From NCBI GenBank assembly GCA_951406725.2, contig OX597836.1, positions 16,554,001-16,618,000 of the forward strand: 64,000 nt of DNA. The letters run 5' to 3'. Shown here in pieces: positions 54,510 through 64,000 of the stretch (position 1 is its first letter; every line of letters starts with the position of its first letter). The position numbers and the translations under genes were made by a program. Source of the DNA: Octopus vulgaris. Taxonomy: Eukaryota. Under the pieces are notes generated by a model. The model was not told the DNA's origin. It searched no databases and was given only the letters and a program-made list of their open reading frames with translations.

Positions 54510-54950
54510 AATATTTAGTTTTTGTATTTGGTTTACCAGATTCTTGATGTGAATTTGAGTGTTGAAAATTATTTTGTTGTATCTCGAGTGGGTCATTATC
54601 CCTACAATAAACACACGCACTGGTTCTATTTCACTTCTTTTATTATTTGCCAATTGGTGAATTAACCAAATAATAAATTGATTGTTTGATTAATCGTTCA
54701 GTTAATCAATCAATCAAACATGTTCGTCAAGGTCCAAAAGTTAACCTGAAGTAAAGAGGGCATGCCATTGAAGAGATCGGGAATGGCGACGAAGGAACTT
54801 TGACAAATATAACTGATTAACTGAACGATCAACCAAACAATCAATAAAATGAATGGCTAAATAGTTAACCGACGAATAACAAAGAAGTGAAATGGAACCA
54901 GTGTGTGTGTTTATTATCGGCATAATGACCCTCCCAAAGTACAACACATT
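54510..54950. mobile_element. Old long-TIR foldback MITE
   Basis: Diverged arms of about 140 bp (GTTGTATCTCGAGTGGGTCATTAT../..ATAATGACCCTCCCAAAGTACAAC); paralogue at about 44200-44640. Confidence 0.65.
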
Positions 54951-55991
54951 AATTATTATATGTAATTAAGTAATTTTACATTATACACTTAAAGCCCTTG
55001 GAAATTGTGACCATAATTCACAGACTCCTCTAACTACATGTGTGGACACCAAGGGGCTGTGCACCAGGTTCGAAACCAGTGAAGTTGATGCCCCTAGTTA
55101 GCTTGTTTTTGTTGTCATTGTGTTTATGCAAGATCAGTTCTGATCAAGTAAATCAATGATCAAAACGTTCCAGCCATGTCCATCTCGTTTATTCTTTTTT
55201 TTATTTTTCCTATCAGAGTTTATCTAGGACAACTTTATCTAATGTATCATTTCCTAAGGGTGATAAAATGAGACTTGAGAGTGATTTGACTGGTAGTTCT
55301 AGCAGGTCGGACACTTGCTTATCAACTCTTTGGCTCGAGCTTATTATTACGCTCTTTATGGCTCTTTACATTCTGAGTTCAAATCCTGCCAAGGTCAACT
55401 TCGTTTTCGTCCTTTCAAGGTCGATAAAATAATGTATCAGTCATGTCCTGTAGTTTATATAATTGACTACACCCTCCCCTCGAAATTGTTGTATGTAGGT
55501 ATGTAGGTAGGTAGGGCGACGAGCTGGCAGAAACGTTAGCAAACCAGGCGAAATGCTTAGCGGTATTTCATCTGCCGCTACGTTCTGAGTTCAAATTCCG
55601 CCGAGGTCGACTTTGCCTTTCATCCTTTTGGGGTCGATTAAATAAGTACCATACTATATAAATTAGAGAAAAACCACTGGAATCTGAGACATTGATGTTT
55701 TGAGTTTGTTAACTCTTGTTGATCAGGAGGGTGACACTGAACGAAAGGGGTGTTTTCACACCCTTTTACCATAAGAGAGAATTTTTCTCCATGGTAACTG
55801 CAGTGTATTTGTCTTTAGCAGTTGAAATATGTGACAAACAGATTTCAACTAACTTAAATTGTGAATATATATATGTGTGTACATATATATATAGTTAATC
55901 CAAAAATGAAAACACAAAGAGAAAACACAACGCGAGGACGTGGAACAAATATAGTATTATTGGACGCTCAGGAAAGAAGGGAAGAAGGAGG

Positions 55992-56026
55992 GTTTTACGT
56001 TTCGAGCGGAGCTCTTCGTCAGAAAC
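55992..56026 (-). ncRNA. Minimal Penelope-type hammerhead motif with GUA site
   Basis: GTTT CTGACGA A GAGC TCC GCTC GAA ACGT A AAAC; element at about 55892-56096 bounded by TA tracts; paralogue of 36962-37165. Confidence 0.68.
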
Positions 56027-56214
56027 ATAGGAAAAGGAAAGATTCAGAGAAGGGAAGATGGAGGAAAAAATTGCCAACAGTACACACGCGGTCACATATA
56101 TATATATTCTCATTTCCTCCTGTTTATAATAAATTTTTATCAAGTATTGGTCTTCCATACATTCGACTTTATGAAGATGGTTTTTTGTATGTATATAATG
56201 GAGCTGAAAATTTG

Positions 56215-56254
<40 letters not shown>

Positions 56255-56803
56255 CAAATTTTGTCCCAAGGCCAGCAATTTCAGGGGAGGAAGTAGGTTG
56301 ATTACATTGACCCAATACTAAAGTGGTACTTATTTAATCAACACTGAAAGGGTGAAAGGCAAAGTCAACTCCAACTACATTTGAACTCAGAACTTAAAGT
56401 TGGACGAAATGTAATGAAGAATTTTGCCCAGCATGCTGATAAATAGTGGTGATAGGGGTGAAGATGATAGGAGATAAGATGATAAGAGAAAGAGAGAGAG
56501 TGGGGCAGGTAGATTGTCATTAATAAGACAGAAAGAGAGTTAAAGACAGTAGTAAAGAAAATAGTAAAATAGTAAAGAAAGAAAAAAGTGAAAGTTTTAA
56601 AGAATGAGAGAGAGAGGGGGGGCAAGCTTTGGAAATGGTGATATATGGAGAAAGAAGTATAGGAAGGGTGAGTTGAAGGGGGTTTGGATAGCAAAATAAA
56701 GGGAGAGACTGGGAATAAGAACTTATAAGGCAGGGATGACAGCTGTCTAAAAATGTTGTTCCATGACAGATCTTTCTTAGAACTGGTGCCAGCAGAATTC
56801 TAC

Positions 56804-57268
56804 TTAAAGCACCCCCCATATAACCCTTCATAACTTTTATATTTTTTCCTGGAATTTTCAGGAACCTTTTGCAAATTTGGATTCTACACACGAGTATTCA
56901 TAAGATTATGCAAAAACAAAAAAACAATTTTGTGTGATTTAAGGGTTATTTAGCTGTTATTTTTAGCATGTCTCACAACCACCTGATACCCTCCCTGTTT
57001 GTTTGTCACTGGCGTATTGATGTTTTTCAATATCTTTCTCCCCAAAAATGCATATAATGATTTGTTGCTGGGATTTAAGCAAAAAATTCAGACTGTCTGT
57101 ATTTTTAATCTGTGATTAAAAAGAAAATTTATTTTTTAAATTTCAAGAAATTAAAAACAACTTTTTTTTTCATAGTTGTATGAATTCCTGAGTGTAGAAA
57201 GACAAATCCGCAGAAATTTTCTGAAAATTCCAAATGACAAAAATGTCGAGTTATATGGGGTGCTTGAA
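56804..57268. mobile_element. TTAA-ended long-TIR MITE (Kolobok-like?)
   Basis: TTAAAGCACCCCCCATATAAC...GTTATATGGGGTGCTTGAA with longer diverged inverted arms. Confidence 0.6.
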
Positions 57269-57506
57269 GCAGAATTCCACCCCGGTGCCATTTCCCTAAA
57301 ACATATCTTTTATCTTTTACTTGTGTCAGTCATTGGACCGCGACCATTTTGCCCGGCAAGCAAACCATTTTAAATTTCGGGGAGAGGGGGATAAGATATA
57401 TAAAAAGTGCTGAGATCTTCCTCCCATATTAATATCTTCTTGTAAAATTGCTAATACAAGACAAACTCGTGGTATATCTTTGAGGTCACAATGTCCTCAT
57501 CACTAT

Positions 57507-58306
57507 GAAATATGATAATTAACTCTAACTGCGAAATTAAATCTCACTATTATTCCAATAACTATATCAAATATCTACCAAAAATAAAAAACCATAGAAT
57601 TGCTATTTTCTGCAAGTTAGGTTGCCTCAAAGAACTTGACAAATCTCAACAAGGAAATTAGTTTCAAACATAAGCGTTTCTGTGCAAAAGATAGATTGGC
57701 GGATATCTGTTTTTTGCAGGAAAAGGGTTAAAAAAGATATTTTAGCAACTCACTATTATTATATAGGCACCAAATAACTTTTATCTTTCACTTGTTTCAG
57801 TATTAGACTGTGGCCATGCTGGAGCACCACCTTGGACAATTTGTTTAGTCGAATGAATCAACCCCAGTGCGTTTTTTTTTTTTTGTTAAACCTGGTACTT
57901 ATTCTATTGGTGACTTTTGCTGAACTGTTAAGTTATGGAGATGTAAACACACCAAAGACGGTTGTCAAGCGGTGATGGGGAACAAACACAGACACAAAGA
58001 TACACACACACATAGACATACATACATACATACATACATACATACATACATACATACATACATACATACATACATACATACATACATACATACATACATA
58101 CATACATACATACATACATACATACATACATACATACATAATACATACATACATACATACATACATACATACATACATACATACATACATACATACATAC
58201 ATACATACATACATACATACATACATACATACATACATACATACATACATACATACATACACATACATACATACATACATACATATATACATACATACAG
58301 ACATAC

Positions 58307-58337
<31 letters not shown>

Positions 58338-58800
58338 AATATATATCACCAGGAAATATGATAATTAACTCTAACTGTGAAATTAAATCTCACAGTTATT
58401 CCAATAACTATATCAAATATCTACCAAAAAAAAAACCATAGAATTGCTATTTTCTGCAAGTTTGGTTGCCTCAAAGAATTTGACAAATCTCAACAAGAAA
58501 CTTAGTTTCAAACATAGAGTTTCTGTGCAAAAGATAGATTGGTGGATATCTTGCTTTTTGCAGGAAAAGGGTTAAAAAGATATTTTAGCAACTCACTATT
58601 ATTATATAAGCACCAAATAACTTTTATCTTTCACTTGTTTCAGTATTAGACTGCGGCCATGCTGGGGCACCACCTTGGACAATTTGTTTAGTCAAATGAA
58701 TAAACCCCAGTGCACATAGCATTTCTGTGCAAAAGATAGATTGGTGGATATCTGCTTTTTGCAGGAAAAGGGTTAAAAAGATATTTTAGCAACTTACTAT
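57507..58800. repeat. Local tandem duplication (period about 845 bp, plus a third partial copy)
   Basis: GAAATATGATAATTAACTCTAACTG..CCCCAGTGC repeated at about 57507 and 58353; a sub-block is repeated again at about 58715. Confidence 0.9.
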
Positions 58801-58963
58801 AATAGTAAGTTGCTAAGCATTACCACAGAAAAATGGAAAAGTCTTCTATGTTTTGAGACAGCACTCTTTCAGGATTAAGAAGAAGAAAATGCCAAGAGAA
58901 TGAAAAACAAAAAAAAAAAAAACAGAGAGAGAAAACATGCATATATATATATATATATATTGT

Positions 58964-59337
58964 GGCACTCCATCGGTTATGACGACGAGGGTTCCAGTTG
59001 ATCCGATCAATGGAACAGTCTGCTCGTGAAATTTACGTGCAAGTGACTGAGCAATCCACAGACACACGTATCCCTAATGTAGTTCTCAGGGAGATTCAGT
59101 GTGACACAGAGTGTGACAAAGCTGGCCCTTTGAAATACAGGTACAATAGAAACAGGAAGGAAGGGTGAGAGAAAGTTGTGGTGAGAGAGTACAGCAGGGT
59201 TCGCCACCACCCCCTGCAAGTGCCTCGTCGAACTTAAGGTGTTTTCACTCAATAAATACTCTCAACGCCCGGTATGGGAATCGAAACAGCGATCCTACGA
59301 CTGCGTGTCCACTGCCCTAACCACTGGGCCATTGCGC
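58964..59337 (-). mobile_element. Family C SINE
   Basis: Reverse complement of 49591-49970. Confidence 0.85.
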
Positions 59338-60815
59338 ACACACACACACATACATACATACCTACCTACCTACTTACATACATACATGTGTGTGTGTGTG
59401 TGTATCTTTTATCTTTTGCCTGTTTCAGTCATTGGACAGCAATCATGCTGCAGTACCACCTTGAAGTGGGGTTTAGTCGAACAGATCCCATCCGTTTTTT
59501 CCCCTTCAAGTCTGGTACCAATTCTCTTGGTCACTTTGCCAGCTAAGTTACGGGGACACAAGTAAACTAAAATCGGTTGTCAAGCTGTGTAGAGACAAAC
59601 AAAAATACAAAAAGACACACACGCACACACGACGGGCTTCTTTCAGTTTCTGTCTACCAAATTCGATCACAAGGCTTTCACTCGACCCAGGGTTACAGTA
59701 GAAGACACTCGCCCAAGATGCCATTCAGTGGGACATCTTCCATGGAGTTGAGAAGCAAACTTCTTACCCCCAAAGCCACGCCTGCACCGTATACTATAAT
59801 GCGAAATGTAAAAATACCCTGCAGACTGCGATAGCCAATAGAACAGGCATAAAATATATTTCTTCGCGGTTCAGTACTAAATGATCTACGACCCAGTAAT
59901 TGGAGGCCCCTGCTGCCTTAGAAGACATCTCAAGTTCGGGGACAGGACTAGATCCACCCAGTCTGGTTTAATCAGTGGTTCGCAAACAGATATATGCTGA
60001 CCTTAACACTCGAAAATATTGGTGAAATTTTCTGCCATCCTCTCATTTCTTAATATGGAAACAAAATAGAGTTTACGTCTATAGAATTTTTCTCTGTTCG
60101 CCGTGGTTTTGGATAAATTTTAAACCATTTTAATTAAATAAGAAATCCGTAGTTTGTCTCTCTATATATCCACACACACCTCTTCTAGGTTCACAGCTCC
60201 GACCACAACCACCCTTGCCGCTAGAAGGAAGGGAGAAATCGATTACATCGATCCCACTACACAGTTACTACTTATGTTATCGACCCTGAGAGGACGATAG
60301 ACAAAAGTCGACCTCGGCGGAATTTGTACTCAGAGCTTAATAATAGCCAGGAGAAATAGTAAGCATTTTTTTGTCTGGCGTAGTAACGATTCTACCAGCT
60401 TGCCGTCTGTCAGTAATGAATGAATTTGAAATACGTGAGACGAAGTGGATCAAGCATTTCCTAGAGTATTTTGTGTATTAAATGACGCTTATCCGCATGG
60501 GATATCCAATTAGTGGGTTAAATAGTCAAGGTACACTAAAGTTAATATAGGAAGTTGTGATGTTCATGACATTTCTCAAAACCATTAGCAGCGTTAAGTG
60601 ACATGTTAACGGGTTGGTACGACCGAGTATTGAAACCCGATCGAGCATTTTAGTAATTTGCAATCATAATAGTAATTTATTAAGAAGGGAAACATAATGA
60701 GCTCAGTGAATCGCTAGAATGCCAGCATTTCGGCGATTTCTTCCGACTTTTCGTCCAAATGTCACCGAGATCGACTTTCTCCCTTTCATCCTCACCAGGG
60801 CGTCAAGTACCAGTC

Positions 60816-60931
60816 GGATCTTTTCCTATTCTGTTTACAATAATGTTTTCTTTTGACACATTCTACCAGTATACGAAGTTTCAAATTGTTTAGTTAACTA
60901 GAAAATTCCGTCCATCGAAAGGAAATGATCC
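60816..60931. mobile_element. Short GGATC-ended MITE nested in an old Nin SINE
   Basis: GGATCTTTTCC...GGAAATGATCC; 9-bp TSD GTACCAGTC; shares ACACATTCTACCAGTATACGAAGTTT with the 51348 element. Confidence 0.85.
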
Positions 60932-61458
60932 GTACCAGTCATGTACTGAGGTTGATGTAATCGACTAACCCACACACACACACACAAAATGACTTGCCCC
61001 TCCCCGATATTGCCGGCCTTGTGCCAAAATTTGAAACCATTATTATTATTAGTAGTATTAAGGTGACACGTTGGCGCAATTGTTAGCGCATAAAACAACA
61101 CGTTTAGCGGCATTTCTTCGAGCACTTAACGGCCTGAGTTCATTTGCCGCCGAGGTCGACTTTCCCTTTCTTCCTTTCGGGGGGGCCGAGCACCGGGGTT
61201 CAATGTAATCGACTCACCCATCTTCCAATTATGTGAGGCCTTGCACCTACAAGTAGAAAGAAATATATTACAAAACGAAGTTGAAATAAATTGGTAACTG
61301 CCTGAAATCGAAACCGGTTAGGTGGTCGAAGTAGCCGGTTTGTTTTATGCCTAAATATATTTACTCCCCCCGAAACAGATCAAGTTGCTATTGTTGTCAA
61401 TATAATAAACAAAATTAGCAACTTTCAGCTAGACCGGCAACCGTTTCGCAACACTCGT

Positions 61459-61491
<33 letters not shown>

Positions 61492-61494
<3 letters not shown>

Positions 61495-61652
61495 CGTTGT
61501 GAGTTCAAATTCCGCCGAGGTCGACTTTGCCTTTCATCCTTTCGGGGTCGATAAATAAAGTACCAATTTCGCACTGGGGTCGATGTAATCGATTTAATCC
61601 GTTTGTCTGTCCTTGTTTGTCCCCTCTATGTTTAACCCTTGTGGGTATAAAG

Positions 61653-61723
<71 letters not shown>

Positions 61724-61883
61724 CGTTGTGAGTTCAAATTCCGCCGAGGTCGACTTTGCCTTTCATCCTTTCGGGGTCGATAAATAAAGTACCAATTTCG
61801 CACTGGGGTCGATGTAATCGATTTAATCCGTTTGTCTGTCCTTGTTTGTCCCCTCTATGTTTAACCCCTTGTGGGTAGTAAAG

Positions 61884-61888
<5 letters not shown>
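61492..61888 (+). mobile_element. Two headless family A SINE bodies separated by (TA)n
   Basis: Near-identical units beginning TTACGTTGTGAGTTCAAATTCC. Confidence 0.85.
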
Positions 61889-61922
<34 letters not shown>

Positions 61923-62259
61923 TGTATTTTCGAGTCGTAAAATTGAAAATAAATTTGGTGCTATAAATATAAATTTCACATTCTATCATTAAAAAATATT
62001 GTTCGTTTTCGCTCTAACAGAGAAGATATACACATTTACTAAAAATCTCTCTCTGTCTCTCTCTGTAGATAGATAGACACAGCTGTATATATATATAGAT
62101 AGATAGATATATATATATATAGATAGATAGATAGATAGATATATATAGATATATATATAATAGATATATATATAGATATATATATATAGATATATATAGA
62201 TAGATAGATATATATATATATATATAGATAGATAGATAGATATATATATATAGATAGAT

Positions 62260-62363
<104 letters not shown>

Positions 62364-62746
62364 TCTCTCTCTATCCGTTTGCGCTGTCTTCGAAACGAAA
62401 GCAGCAGTTTTCTGAAACAGACTTGTACAAAGAAAGGCAAAGCCGAGGAAAGGAAAGGAAAGAAAAGAAAAGAAAAGAAAAGAACGAACGAGAGGGTGAG
62501 GGGGAATGAGTGAGTGAGTGATGAGGAATAAGCAAAGAGAGAGAGAGAGAGAAGGAAGAGATGAACGAGACTTGCCGTGTGATAGAAGAACCAACGCACG
62601 TCTTCGGAATACTCAGATCATGATACCCGAATAGGAAGGTGATTTCTACGTATCTGGGTGTCTCCTGCTTTTCTCTATTATTATTATTATTCTGCTCGAT
62701 TGAAATATCTCAGCGGCGCGCTAACCGGCTTCGAACGCACATCACC

Positions 62747-62804
62747 ATGACCCACAATGAAGCGCGTAGCCACTGGTTCAAAGAAGGAGCTATTGGTCTA
62801 GGGG
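62747..62804 (+). CDS. Probable first coding exon of an SLC25-type mitochondrial carrier
   Basis: CACCATG context; MTHNEARSHWFKEGAIGLG then phase-1 donor G|GTAAGT; resembles the start of carrier helix 1 (from memory, PxDxxK signature not in window); CpG-rich surroundings; possible 5' UTR intron 62639-62713. Confidence 0.5.
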
Positions 62805-62865
62805 GTAAGTTTCTACGGAACATTCGTGTCCTCCAAATTTCGCCTTTTTGCTTTTGTTATCTATG

Positions 62866-62916
<51 letters not shown>

Positions 62917-62980
62917 CCAGTCTGTCTACGTGCGCGTATTGTTCAGTAAATACCATATTAATTATACATATATGTCTGTG

Positions 62981-63016
<36 letters not shown>

Positions 63017-63045
63017 GTGTGTGTGATGTATATATGAGTAGCTAG

Positions 63046-63091
<46 letters not shown>

Positions 63092-63954
63092 GTAATTTCA
63101 TATGGTTTTGTGATATATTGATAATAGAAAAAAAGTCTGGTTACTTTATTGTTATTAACCAAAGGTATCTACTTATTAGCGGTTTATTAAGACCCGTTAA
63201 TTAAAAATATATACACCTACATATATTTGCCAAAAAAGCACCCTTTGACAACTTAATTCATATTCGCTAATCTCTTTTGTGAAGAAAAAAAAAAGGTATT
63301 ATTGCTCCACATCTATTTTCTTCTGGTTCCCTTATTTTGCGACAGAGTTGGGCTTATTCCCTGATGTTATGTGAGTTTATTTCCGTCACGAACTGTTAAT
63401 TAGATTTAATTAATATAGCTCATTTGCGTGGCATGGATAACAAATATATTGTTTAAATATTTCATAGACAGATAGATAGATTGATAGATAGGTGCGCTCT
63501 TCCACACGTGTGTGTTTGTGTGTAGGTGTTTTTATCTATGCGATTATTTAGTTCCGAGGTCATCTCTTTCGAAACAAAACTGGTCAAAGGCATTCCACCT
63601 ATGACCACCCTCTCTGTCCTTCTAGCGGACATTGTCTAACAAGGAATACATTATTACAATGTGTCTCTCTTTCGAGACGGTAGGGTTATAACTGGAAGAA
63701 GATTTCGCTGTTGTTTTTAACAGAGTTAGCAATCAAATAATGTGTAATTATACATAATGAGCATAAAATTTCATAGATTTTTTTTTTCAATACAGACTAT
63801 TTTGGTAACAATATACTTTCACTCTAACCCCACTCTCTCTCATACACACTCGAATATAAATATACATACATTCACACACACACGCACACTCGCGTACGCT
63901 TATTCTTATAAATTCGTATACATACCCGCATATATATATATACACGTATACATA

Positions 63955-63996
<42 letters not shown>

Positions 63997-64000
63997 TATA

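Overview
Repeat-dense animal genomic DNA, most likely an octopus. This is inferred from the tRNA-derived Nin-, CORE- and Arg-type SINEs, RTE LINE tails and very abundant TA/CA/TACA microsatellites. Most long ORFs in the track are microsatellite artefacts. Host genes read from the sequence: four coding exons of a REX1BD (C19orf60)-like gene (minus, 44.9-50.4 kb, start exon unresolved); an isolated first coding exon of a HINT3-like HIT protein (minus, 33.2-33.3 kb); and a probable first coding exon of an SLC25-type mitochondrial carrier (plus, 62.7-62.8 kb). Mobile DNA includes a young 5'-truncated RTE LINE with a PHD-type finger, CR1 and CRE remnants, non-autonomous Helitrons, hAT, mariner and Merlin/MULE-like MITEs, and pogo/Tigger fragments. 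The most striking signal is more than a dozen hammerhead-ribozyme-like motifs in several short, mostly (TA)n-flanked, Penelope-like element families. They have palindromic helix III segments, catalytic-core variants (including a G3-C8 swap) and three inverted-repeat arrangements. All family assignments come from motif recognition by eye, not database searches. Repeat boundaries are approximate unless a TSD or TIR is quoted.
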